From Octopus sinensis (Eukaryota), in the NCBI RefSeq assembly GCF_006345805.1, contig NC_043021.1, forward strand, positions 24,304,001-24,368,000: a stretch of 64,000 bases of DNA, read 5' to 3'. The position numbers and the translations under genes are program-made. Each line of letters starts with the position of its first letter. The first letter of the stretch is position 1. This document shows positions 1 through 11,462 of this stretch, one piece after another. The notes beneath the pieces were generated by a model. It was given only the letters and a program-made list of their open reading frames with translations. It was not told the origin of the DNA and searched no databases.

Positions 1-539
1 CATTACCCATTTCATTCTTTTCATATGATGTTTACCAATACTTCTTAATGGGTGGTCAGAAATATAGATTTCATGCCGTGATAACAGAAAGAAAAAATTT
101 TTAAAAGCAGAAAACGAAGAAAACTTTTAACGTTCGTACCTGTTCGATGACTATTAGAGCTCGAAGAGATTGGAATTGCGTGCTGCCAAAACAACATTGG
201 TTTTCATATCGCCATTACCATATATAACGATCGGAGATATGAACAGAAACGTGGAGATAGGGAGGACAGGAAGAGAATCACAGATACAAAAAGTGAGCTG
301 ATCCGAGATATAAATTAATGTATTGTATTTCACAGAAAAAGTCCACCAGCTGACTTGCTTCTTTCTATAAACATGATAACAATACTAGGTTAATGAATAT
401 GAAATATAAAAGGATGAAAGATAGGACGCCTCCCAGTTTAGAATGGCGGCTGATTTTATACGAAACTGTGCGTCGTGTTCAATAAAAATTGAACCTGAGT
501 GTGGTTAGTTGTGAAACATAAAACATGGTCAGTACTTAC

Positions 540-595
540 CGTCACTGTGAAACACGCTTCAAATATCAAAGTTCACACCTTCACAATCCGAACAC
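540..595 (-). other. Candidate 56-nt spliced exon (non-coding or stop-containing)
   Basis: On the minus strand a pyrimidine-rich acceptor (tttgtttctttcatatcctAG|G) and a consensus donor (ACG|GTAAGT) bracket 56 nt. All three frames contain a stop. No transcript evidence. Confidence 0.4.
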
Positions 596-963
596 CTAGG
601 ATATGAAAGAAACAAAGCGTTTTAGAGGTCATTAATAATGGTAAAGTTAAGTTAATTAGACATCATTGGTAGGGTGAGTATTGTTCACTCATTAGAGTTG
701 TGTAAATAAGAATTTCAAGCAAACCAAATAGAATGCAACCTAATTCGATTTGTAATAAGTGACATCAAGAAAAGGTCAACCGAAGAAGCGAACAAGGCAT
801 CCTCAAAAGCCCGTACACAATGTGCGTGTGTGCATTTGCATGTGTGCGTATATGTTTACACACAGACACACACACACACACACACACACACGCGCTCGTA
901 TATATTCTTATACCTATACATATATACATTCTGGAGATGTACTTGCATAGCGAGTGACTTGAT

Positions 964-1237
964 CAATTGCAGTGTGGAAGCCATTTAAGAAACACACAAA
1001 ACCGTTAGATTCACTTCAACATTTAAATTTAATTTGCCAAAATATTTTCATCGCTTTGAGACCGCGACCTGTTCACTGACAAAGCTTGTTCACTGATGCA
1101 GCACGAAGCTTTGTCAGTGAACAGGTCGCGGTCTGAAAGCGACGAAAATATTTTGACAAATTAAATTTAAATGTTGAAGTGAATCTAACGGTTTTGTGCG
1201 TTTCTTAAATGGCTTATAAACACCTTCCACGCTGCAA
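964..1237. mobile_element. Fold-back (hairpin) element, arms ~120 bp
   Basis: aattgcag..aagccatttaagaaacacacaaaaccgttagattcacttcaac..cactgacaaagctt is mirrored by aagctttgtcagtg..gttgaagtgaatctaacggttttgtgcgtttcttaaatggctt..ctgcaatt, with few mismatches and a short deletion in the left arm. Confidence 0.85.
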
Positions 1238-1246
1238 TTATATATA

Positions 1247-1599
1247 TTCTTTTATTCTTTTATTTGTTTCAGGCATTTTGTTTGCGGCCATGCTAGAACA
1301 CCAGATTTAGTCGAACAAATCTACCCCAGGACTTGTTCTATGTAAGCCTAGTACTTATTTTATCGGTCTTTTGCCGAACCGCTAAGTTACGGGGACGTAA
1401 ACAAACCAGCACCGGTTGTCAAGCAATACGATGGTGGGGACAGATACAAAACCAAACACATACATATATATATATGACGGGCTTCTTTCAGTTTCCGTCT
1501 ACCAAATCCACTCTCAAGGCTTTGGTCTGCCCAAGGTTATAGTGGAAGTCACTTGCCCAAGATGCCACGCAGTGGGACTGAACCCAGTACCATGTGGTT

Positions 1600-1601
<2 letters not shown>
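1247..1601 (-). mobile_element. SINE family A (tRNA-derived, CORE-like CTTGGGCAAGT box), 5' truncated
   Basis: Matches the ~13 other copies in the window, with an internal microsatellite and a (TAAAAGA)-like tail. Confidence 0.85.
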
Positions 1602-1646
<45 letters not shown>

Positions 1647-1708
1647 GTATATATGCATGTATATGTGTGTGTGTGTACATACATATGTAGGTATGTATAT
1701 ATATATAT

Positions 1709-1767
<59 letters not shown>

Positions 1768-1835
1768 TTGAATTAACTCCAAAGCTACAAATGACTCTCA
1801 GTGATTGACAAAGGGAGGTACGCCCTTATCGTATG

Positions 1836-1892
1836 AAGCCGGATCGCGATTTCGACTCCTGGTGCCGACACCTTACTTCTCATCAGCGGCTT
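1836..1892 (-). ncRNA. Type I hammerhead ribozyme, canonical core
   Basis: AAGCCG-CUGAUGA-[GA..GGUG UCGG CACC..UC]-GAA-AUCGCGAU-C/CGGCUU: 6-bp stem I, intact core, palindromic stem III, AUC cleavage triplet (cut between 1842 and 1841). Confidence 0.85.
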
Positions 1893-2228
1893 TTAATGCC
1901 TAGGGTTAAACTTTGCTTCCTCTATCAATCATATAAGAAAGACCGGTTAAATCATAAGCTGATTTTCCAAACTCTGTGAAGAAACAGGGTGGCTTATTAG
2001 CAATTGGAACCTAGAGGCAAAATGAACTGAGGTCACAAAGTAAGGGGGATGGGTGCTGGCCAGCTCACCTTTAGATTCTAATTGCTAATAAGCAACCCTT
2101 TTTATTAATTGTTTACACCTACACCGTTTGGAAAATCAGCATATGATTTAACCAGTCTTTCTTATATGGCTTATAGATGAAGTTGAGTTTAACCGTAGGC
2201 GTTAAAAGCCGGTGATGAGAATTAAGTG
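1836..2228 (-). mobile_element. Hammerhead-bearing fold-back element (putative non-autonomous Penelope-like)
   Basis: Inverted arms ~1878-2015 and ~2068-2228. The left arm extends into a complete hammerhead; the right arm carries only its mutated 5' half (GGTGATGAG). Confidence 0.75.
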
Positions 2229-2427
2229 TGAACAACCTCATGGAGACGAGTATCAACGATTCCATGTGGCACGAATGAACAATTATGAAGATTCCTTTAC
2301 ATGAAACACTTGGCATCCTTGTTAGCCCATCAATAAAATATATATGTAAGAATATGTATATGTACACACACACACAAATATACATATATATATACTTTAT
2401 TTAAACGCAGCAGAAATTCAACAAAAG

Positions 2428-2465
2428 CTGTTACTCGGAGTTTCACGTTCCCGTTCGTCGGACAG
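2428..2465 (-). ncRNA. Type I hammerhead ribozyme, U4C variant
   Basis: Reverse-complement copy of the 2485-2522 motif. Confidence 0.65.
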
Positions 2466-2484
2466 TTAAAATATTTTAACAAAA

Positions 2485-2522
2485 CTGTCCGACGAACGGG
2501 AACGTGAAACTCCGAGTAACAG
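2485..2522 (+). ncRNA. Type I hammerhead ribozyme, U4C variant
   Basis: CUGU-CCGACGA-ACG GGAA CGU-GAA-ACUC C GAGU-A/ACAG: stem I CUGU/ACAG, GNRA-capped stem II, quasi-palindromic stem III, GUA triplet. Confidence 0.65.
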
Positions 2523-2624
2523 CTTTTGTTGAATTTCTGCTGCTTTTAAATAAAGCATATTACTCTACCCCTGGTATCTGAGTACTCTTTTTTCCACCTT
2601 GTTTCACATTTATGTGTTTACTCC

Positions 2625-2659
<35 letters not shown>

Positions 2660-4131
2660 GAGAAGAAATTTGGATGTCTGAATTAGAAAGGGGATGTTTG
2701 TCCGAAGAATATTGTCTAAGATAGATAAATCGCCTTTTCTTGCACCCTCTTGCAAAAATTTAGAGTTAAGTATGAAATCCATATACGGCACCATGATAAC
2801 TGATACAATGACAATTTATCATTTATTTTAAATGAAATTTATCCTTAACCCAAGGACTTACAGCAGGATCGTTAGAAATTTAATAACCTCATTTGTCGAT
2901 AGCAAGCAGGTTCTAAAAGGAAATGATTCGAGCCTACAAAACCATAAAGCATTTGAATGTTAGCAAAAGCCCAAAAGCTACAGTGAACAACTAACAAACC
3001 AAAATTAATTTAATTTCCCAATAATCTGCTTATAATTTCAATTGTAACTTATATGTGGGTTTAGAAATTGGAGTGAATTAATGGAAATTCGATTTTATAT
3101 AATCACATTGTTGATTGATGAGATCATGGCAAATACAGAAAATACTTTCAATGAGAAAAAGAATCGAGCAATAAAGAATTTGGTGAACGAGGAAGGCATA
3201 TGCTTCTTCATTAGATTAAGATCTAAAATAGACTCGAATCCGGTTAGAGTAATCATATATGCGTGTGCGTGTATGTGTGTGTGTGTGTGTGTGTTTCTGT
3301 GTGAACGGATGTGGACAAAATATCTGACTTGTAAGCATTTTAGCAGCGTCGCAAAAATTGTGTGCTGATTAAAAACAATATATGTTATACTTTGCATTTG
3401 AAACTCTCTTTCTCTCTCTCTTTCTCATCCTCTCTCTATCTTCTCTCTCTTTCTCTTTTGATGTTGCATGTCTGCGCACATCGGTGACCTCACCCACCCT
3501 TACAAATGTCTGGAGGTTCATTATTTTTCATGCTAGAGATACAAAAATGGTTTCCAGTTCCATTCTGCGTATTCATTTAGTTTATTCTGCTCGTCTCCTG
3601 CTCTTTCCAGTTTATCCTTTAGGTACAGGATCTAACGAACCCGCAGCCAGCAGAGCTTTATCTAATGACATCGGGTTATATTTAGACACTATTGACTCAG
3701 TGCAACACTCATCTAGGGGTCAGTACTTATCGCAGTCTTGTGAAAGACTAGTTTGAGCATTGTGAAACTGTATAGGTATGATCTGATGTGCTCCGGATGT
3801 AAATCCACGTTGATGCTGTTTCTGATTTGGATATTAGAAAATAAAACTGGACAAATTGAATTTGTTAACCGATGGAAAGCCAAATTCTCAGCTTCAAGAT
3901 CATCATCTCTCTGTCTGTCGTGGCCTGAAGTTAGAAATAGCCACAATTGTAGAGACTGAAAAAATGTCCAGCCGTTCTCCTTGTTGACTTTATCTATTTA
4001 CACGCCACAGAAGTCCAAGCGCAAACTTAGAAGTACGTATAATACTACTACTGGATAGCAAAGGGTGAAAGCTGAATGTAGACAAGCTTTATACTGTACT
4101 CTACTACGTTCTTAGCAGAATATACCATAAC

Positions 4132-4135
<4 letters not shown>

Positions 4136-4163
<28 letters not shown>

Positions 4164-4280
4164 TGTATGTATGTATGTATGTATGTATGTATGTATGTAT
4201 GCATGTATGTATGTATGTATGTATGTATGTATGTATGTATGTATGATGTATGTATGTATGAATGTATGTATGTATGTATG

Positions 4281-4311
<31 letters not shown>

Positions 4312-4554
4312 TGTATGTATGTATGTATGTATGTATGTATGTATGTATGTATGTATGTATGCATGTATATATGTATGTATGTATGTATGAATGTATGTAT
4401 GTATGTATGTATGTATGAATGTATGTATGTATGTATGTATGTATGTGTGTATGTATGTATGTATGTATGTATGTATATATGTATGTATGTATGTATGTAT
4501 GAATGTATGTATGTATGTATGTATGTATGTATGTATGTATGTATGTATGTATGT
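4136..4554 (+). repeat. (TATG)n tetranucleotide microsatellite
   Basis: About 420 bp of near-perfect TATG. The ORFs 4112-4682 are artefacts of it. Confidence 0.97.
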
Positions 4555-4559
4555 GCATA

Positions 4560-5622
4560 CGTGGTCTGATCAATAAGTATCCGAACTGTTGCCATAGTAA
4601 CGAAGATAAAGCATGCAGAGTCAAGCCGCTTGACACAGCTTGACATTGAACTCCTCTGTGCATGCGCACTAAGTTTTAACATTCTAGCTTACTTCCGCTG
4701 TTTACAGCAGTGCTTGGAAGGAACATGTGTAGTGTGTGATCGTCGCATTGACCATGACAGAAAAAGATGAATCTGCATCAGATTTTACCAAAGGCCTTGG
4801 CAATACCTGCTCAGAGGACTGCACAATGTTGCAGAAAGTGTATGGAGAGGAGTGTATGGGCCATACACGTCTACGTGTGGTTCCGACGTTTCCAAAATTG
4901 CCGAAAAAATATTGATGGTTACGAATTCTGGGAGACCCGCAACCAGCACAACTGAGAAAAACATTGCAGATGTGCGTGCAGCTGTGAGGGGAAATCGTCA
5001 AATCACCATCCGTGAGTTTTCAGAGGTTGTGCAGACTAGTTACGGCTCAGTTCAGTCCATTATCACTGAAGATTTGGGTCTGCGACGTGTGTCTGCTAAG
5101 TTTGTGCCAAAATTGCTTTCAGGTGACCAGAAAGATACTCGGGTTTCATTTGCACAAGATCTTGATTGTGTCGTGGACGATGAAAACTTTTTGAAAACAG
5201 TCATAACGGGTGATGAATGGTGGGTCTGTGGCTATGACTCCGAAACAAAGGATCAGTCGAAGCAATGTGAAGACACTATTGTGCAGCAGTTTTTGGCCAG
5301 ACACAGCATTCCCCAGATTCAATAGCCACCATATTTCCCAGATCTTGCCCCTTGCGACTTTTTCATTTTTCCAAAATTCAAATTACGCTTGAATGGAAAA
5401 TAAATATTCAGGACGTCGAGGAAATAAAAATGAATGCGTCGCGGCAACTGCCGATTATCCCAATAAACGAGTTCCGTAAATGCTTCCATCAATTGAAACA
5501 GCACTGGATTAAGTGTGTGGCTTCCGAGGGGGATTACTTTCAAGGAGATTAAATGCCAAATTGGTACGTGTTCTAGTTTTGTTTTTATAGCACCAGTTCG
5601 GACACTTATTGATCAGACCTAG
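4560..5622 (+). mobile_element. Mariner (DD34D) transposon, internally deleted, transposase pseudogene
   Basis: TIRs CGTGGTCTGATCAATAAGTATCCGAACTG / CAGTTCGGACACTTATTGATCAGACCTAG with TA duplications. Frameshifted transposase pieces VWFRRFQ, RVSAKFVPKLLS, ITGDEWW, PPYFPDLAPCDFFIFPK, KCVASEGDYFQGD. The segment carrying the second catalytic Asp (HDNA) is missing. Confidence 0.95.
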
Positions 5623-5634
5623 TATATATATATA

Positions 5635-6048
5635 TCTCTTTCTCTTTTCTCTTTTACTTGTTTCAGTCATTTGACTGCGGCCATGCTGGAGCACCGCCTT
5701 TTAGTCGATCAAATCGACCCCGGAACTTATTCTTTGTAAGCCCAGTACTTATTCTACCGAACTCTTTTGCCGAACCGCTAAGTGACGGGGACGTAAACAA
5801 ACCAGCATCGGTTGTCAAGCAATGCTAGAGGGACAAACACAGACACACAAACATATACAAACACATTCATATATATATATACATATATACGACAGGCTTC
5901 TTTCAGTTTCCGTCTACCAAATCCACTCACAAGGCTTTGGTCGGCCCGGGGCTATAGCAGAAGACACTTGCCCAAGATGCCACGCAGTAGGACTGAAGCC
6001 GGAACCATGTGGTTGGTTAGCAAGCTACTTAGCACACAGCCACTCCTG
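5635..6048 (-). mobile_element. SINE family A, near full length
   Basis: Head (rc of GGAGTGGCTGTGTG..GGTTCAGTCC), CORE-like box, internal microsatellite, tail GGCGGTGCTCCAGCATGGCCGCAGTCAAATGACTGAAACAAGTAAAAGA. Confidence 0.9.
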
Positions 6049-6471
6049 ATATATATATATATATCAGTTGAATAAAGTTAAAACATAGCCTGGTTTTCAC
6101 GTAATAAAAAACGTAATAAAAAATGTGAAAACCAGACTGTTTTAACTTTATTTAACTTACATATTATTCTATACAACACATTCACACGAATTCCTTACAC
6201 ACAAAGTGTACGAATGTGTCTAAAGACTTACATATCTATAGAAGCAAATCCGCATACAAACGCCAAACATAAACATAAATATATGCAAACACCTAATATA
6301 TACTTACCGATTCAAGTATATAAATATGTATATATATATGTATGTATATATATAAGTGTGTCTGCGTGTGTGTGTGTGTGTGTACAGAGACACAAAAGAG
6401 GACCAACACAAATATAAGGAGAAATACTTTGGTATATATATATATATATATATAATTTATTATATAGAAGG

Positions 6472-6522
6472 AGCTTCTACAGGACTAGAACTGTTTCATT
6501 CAAGAGAAATCTTCAGGAAGCT
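6472..6522 (-). ncRNA. Type I hammerhead ribozyme (inverted copy of 10143-10193)
   Basis: Exact reverse complement of the 10143-10193 motif. Confidence 0.8.
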
Positions 6523-6873
6523 AGTTAACAAGAATTGTATTGGCATTTATACATTTAGGCAGGTTTAAAGGGGTGGTGGTGGGGGACTTTTTGGGGGTAG
6601 GCATAGCGCAAAAATATCATACTTGGGGGAGTGGTCAAGGAGTCAGTGGTAAATTAGATAAAAGAATAAATAAAAGAGTAAAAAAATATATAGAAGAATA
6701 GAGTTTTAGGTAAATAAGGAGATTCTCACTTATACCTATACACATATGTATACATATATACACACACACACACACATATACATACACACATACATACACA
6801 CACACACATATACATATACACATACATATACATACATATATCTACATATACATATATATATATATATATATAT

Positions 6874-7082
6874 CATGTTGATTCGTTAGCTGCTGCACGC
6901 ATTTTTTTTCTCTCCTTCTTTCTGTGTTTTTTTTCTCTCTGTGTATCTTTCTGTTGAAGAGCGTAGGCTCGAAACGTTAAAGACTTGTTTTATTTATATT
7001 TCCTGAGCGCCATACTAATACAATTGTTCGTTTGTTTTCCACCTGCCTTCGTCTTTTGTCTATTTTCATAAAGCTTCCCGTT
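6874..7082 (+). mobile_element. ~200-bp hammerhead-bearing interspersed element (family H4) in (TA)n
   Basis: Near-identical to the rc of 49435-49650 and related to 41617-41810. Absent from the mirror arm of the large palindrome. Confidence 0.85.
6946..6983 (+). ncRNA. Minimal type I hammerhead, A6U plus extra-A variant
   Basis: UCUUU-CUGUUGA-A-GAGC GUAG GCUC-GAA-ACGU-U/AAAGA: 5-bp stem I, 4-bp stem II, ACGU palindromic stem III. Confidence 0.6.
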
Positions 7083-7740
7083 CTATATATATATACATAT
7101 ATACACATATATATGCATATACATATACTCACACACATGTATATATACACACACGACCACACATACATATACATACACAAAATATATACATACACACACA
7201 TACACATACACACATACACACACATATCCACATACACACATGTACACACAACACACAAGTCCCTATATACACATATATACATATACACATATATATACAT
7301 ATATACACATATATATACATATATATATATACATATATATACATACGTACATTCACCCATACATACATATATATATATACATACAAATACAGACCCATTC
7401 CCTAATTTTAATTTTATTATCTTCATTTATTACTTTTGTTATCTTTGACCGCTGGTCACAGGCGTCTTGGCTACCACAGCAAGTCCATTTATCTTTCTAC
7501 TTGAACACAAGCACTCACTCACGCACGCACACTCATTAGCACGCACACTCACTCATTCGTACAATCATACACATACACGCACGCACGCGTTATATTCATA
7601 CATACATACATCTACATACATTCACATATATACACATACGTACGCGTACCTACAGATTCATGTCTACAAGCTTAGAAGACTAGTCTATACATATACACCA
7701 ATAAATATATATACACACATACATATACACCTACATACAA

Positions 7741-7790
<50 letters not shown>

Positions 7791-8193
7791 CATATATATA
7801 CATACGTACATTCACCCATACATACATATATACACATACACACACCCACACGTATACATATACATACATATACGCGCATGCATACACATACATATACATA
7901 CACATACACATATATATATACACATGTATACATATATACGTATATATATATATACATACGTATATATACATACATACATTCACCCATACATACATACATA
8001 TATACACATACACACACACACGCGCCTCCTTATGTTCATACTTACATGCATACTCAAAAAATAAATAATAATAAAATATATATACCTGCAGTTATTCATA
8101 TACATACATGCATACTAAAAAAATAAATAATAAATATTAAGTATATATACGTACAGTTACCTATTATACAGACGGATACATACATATAAACTT

Positions 8194-8224
<31 letters not shown>

Positions 8225-8325
8225 ATATACATATATATATATATAATATACATACTTACACATATGTACATATACATACACACATACACATACACACATA
8301 TATACATACATACATATACATACAC

Positions 8326-8370
<45 letters not shown>

Positions 8371-8476
8371 CACACACATATACATACATATACATACACA
8401 CACATACACATACACACATATATATATGTGTGTGTATGTGTATGTGTGTGTATGTATATGTATGTATATGTGTGTG

Positions 8477-8525
<49 letters not shown>

Positions 8526-8668
8526 GTGTATGTATATGTATGTATGTATATATGTGTGTGTATGTGTATGTGTATATGTACACATACGTGTACGCTCGCG
8601 TGTTTATGTATATGTAGGTACGTAGAGTTATGTATGTGTGTATGTATATGTACATATGTGTAAGTATG

Positions 8669-8701
<33 letters not shown>

Positions 8702-9102
8702 AAGTTTATATGTATGTATCCGTCTGTATAATAGGTAACTGCACGTATATATACTTAATATTTATTATTTATTTTTTGAGTATGCATGTATGTATATGAA
8801 TAACTGCACGTATATATATTTTATTATTATTTATTTTTTGAGTATGCATGTAAGTATGAACATAAGGATGCGCGTGTGTGTGTGTGTATGTGTATATATG
8901 TATGTATGTATGGGTGAATGTATGTATGTATATATACGTATGTATATATATATACGTATATATGTATACATGTGTATATATATATGTGTATGTGTATGTA
9001 TATGTATGTGTATGCATGCGCGTATATGTATGTATATGTATACGTGTGGGTGTGTGTATGTGTATATATGTATGTATGTATGGGTGAATGTATGTATGTA
9101 TA

Positions 9103-9155
<53 letters not shown>

Positions 9156-9788
9156 TTGTATGTAGGTGTATATGTATGTGTGTATATATATTTATTGGTG
9201 TATATGTATAGACTAGTCTTCTAAGCTTGTAGACATGAATCTGTAAGTACGCGTACGTATGTGCATATATGTGAATGTATGTAGATGTATGTATGTATGA
9301 ATATAACGCGTGCGTGCGTGTATGTGTATGATTGTACGAATGAGTGAGTGTGCGTGCTAATGAGTGTGCGTGCGTGAGTGAGTGCTTGTGTTCAAGTAGA
9401 AAGATAAATGGACTTGCTGTGGTAGCCAAGACGCCTGTGACCAGCGGTCAAAGATAACAAAAGTAATAAATGAAGATAATAAAATTAAAATTAGGGAATG
9501 GGTCTGTATTTGTATGTATATATATATATGTGTGTATGTGTAGGTATGTATAGGTACACATATGTATATATATATATATGTATATATATGTATATATATG
9601 TGTGTATATGTATATATGTGTATATAGGGACTTGTGTGTTGTGTGTACATGTGTGTATGTGGATATGTGTGTGTATGTGTGTATGTGTATGTGTGTGTAT
9701 GTATATATTTTTTGTATGTATATGTATGTGTGGTCGTGTGTGTATATATACATGTGTGTGAGTATATGTATATGCATATGTATGTGTA

Positions 9789-9821
<33 letters not shown>

Positions 9822-10142
9822 GTAGATATATGTATGTATATGTATGTGTATATGTATATGTGTGTGTGTGTATGTATGTGTGTATGTATATGTGTGTGTG
9901 TGTGTGTATATATGTATACATATGTGTATAGGTATAAGTGAGAATCTCCTTATTTACCTAAAACTATTCTTCTATATATTTTTTTACTCTTTTATTTATT
10001 CTTTTATCTAATTTACCACTGACTCCTTGACCACTCCCCCAAGTATGATATTTTTGCGCTATGCCTACCCCCAAAAAGTCCCCCACCACCACCCCTTTAA
10101 ACCTGCCTAAATGTATAAATGCCAATACAATTCTTGTTAACT

Positions 10143-10193
10143 AGCTTCCTGAAGATTTCTCTTGAATGAAACAGTTCTAGTCCTGTAGAAGCT
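10143..10193 (+). ncRNA. Type I hammerhead ribozyme, canonical core
   Basis: AGCUUC-CUGAAGA-U UUC UCUU GAA U-GAA-ACAG UUCUAGUC CUGU-A/GAAGCU: 6-bp stem I, 4-bp stem III, GUA triplet (cut after 10187), U-U at the base of stem II. Confidence 0.8.
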
Positions 10194-10276
10194 CCTTCTA
10201 TATAATAAATTAATTTTACTCTGCTATGTATTGAGTACCTTATTTACTGTGGTTAACCCCGAATCAACCCGGGACC

Positions 10277-10311
<35 letters not shown>

Positions 10312-10708
10312 TTCAAATTACGATGTACGTAAACAAAAAAACGAAGTTTGCTTTAGAAGTGTTGAGATGTCTTAGAAAGTTAAAGAAGTGAGTTTAGATT
10401 CTCAAACGCAGGATATAGCTAATAATATAGCCTGAATAGGATAAGCTACCCTTATTTTGCCGAAAAAAATGTTGGCGGCCGGCTATGATGGAGTGTTAGG
10501 TGTGATTTACAGAATTGAATATTGAGAAAAAAAGTCGTCAGAATTTTGGGAAAAAATCCTTTTATTTCTTCATTATTATTAGCGCTTTATTTCCTCTCTA
10601 GAACTTGTCAAATATATATATACAAACACACACATAGAGGCCTCATTGGGAACAGATATATACACCATTCACTTTGTAAATAGACTTACAAATTTGTAAA
10701 TGTACGCG

Positions 10709-11011
10709 CCAACCACATGGTTCCGGGTTCAGTCCCACTGCGTGGCATTTTGGGCAAGTGGCTTCTGCTATTATCTCGGTCCAATCAAAGCCTTGTGAGT
10801 GGATTTGGTAGACGGAAACTGAAAGAAGCCCGTCGCATATATATATATATTGGGAGAAAGCGCTAATCCGAATGATATGATCTGAATGATATGATATATA
10901 TGTAAAAAATGTAATATATAAATAAATATCTATAAATATGAACCATCCGATCTGATTACCTCATTTTTTCTAATATATATATATATATATATATTTATAT
11001 GTGTGTGTGTG

Positions 11012-11044
<33 letters not shown>

Positions 11045-11187
11045 GTATTTGTGTGTCTGTGTTTTTCCACCCCACCATCGCTTGACAACTGCTGTTGGTG
11101 TGTTTACGTCCACGTAACTTAGCGGTTCGGCAAAAGAATTGATAGAACAACTACTAGGCTTGCAAAGAATAAGTCCTGGGGTCGAAT
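10709..11187 (+). mobile_element. SINE family A, split by microsatellite and another small repeat
   Basis: 5' half at 10709-10836, 3' half at 11050-11187. Confidence 0.8.
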
Positions 11188-11412
11188 GTTTTTTTTACCT
11201 CAATACACGTCATTGATTGGTTGAAATTTCAGAAATTGAAGAAAAAAAACAATACCTTACAAGCTATAGAATTTTCTCAATAAAGCCAAAAGAAAAAGAT
11301 GTTTTATAAACACATTCTACCAGTATACGAAGTTAAAAATTCTTTAGTTACCTAGAAATTATGCTAAAAACTGCCGTTCAAACCGAAAAGATCCGACGAG
11401 TGTATTAAACTT

Positions 11413-11462
11413 TCGTTTGGGAGATGTATCCGTTTGGGAGATGTATCCGTTTGGGAGATGTT
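11413..11462 (+). repeat. 17-bp tandem repeat (cgtttgggagatgtatc) x ~3
   Basis: Direct reading of the sequence. Confidence 0.85.

Larger units (their letters stand above)
2395..2626. mobile_element. Near-perfect hairpin element with hammerheads on both strands and a ~70-nt one-sided extension
   Basis: Inverted repeat 2395-2555 (one mismatch, ~15-nt spacer), unpaired extension 2556-2626, flanked by (TA)n. Confidence 0.85.
6453..10279. mobile_element. ~3.8 kb imperfect palindrome with hammerheads at both outer ends
   Basis: The unique blocks at 6453-6780, 7388-7560, 7650-7700 and 8020-8200 recur as reverse complements at 9930-10212, 9380-9500, 9200-9260 and 8700-8870. Centre ~8415. The right arm has a ~67-nt extension (10213-10279). 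The element is bounded by (TA)n. Confidence 0.9.

Noticed and set aside
1040-1170. Hammerhead in the 964-1237 hairpin
   Set aside because: The best fits (CAGUGAA.., GCGACGA..GACA) violate several invariant core positions.
3440-4030. Coding-like unique sequence (ORFs 3382-3756, 3713-3946)
   Set aside because: Stops in all frames and no convincing family motif; possibly an ancient TE, unassigned.
4112-4682. Long ORFs rich in YIHT / MYVC / YIYI (also 7-10 kb, 14.4-15.1 kb, 48 kb, 61 kb)
   Set aside because: They are translations of (TATG)n, (TA)n and (CA)n microsatellites and show no protein homology.
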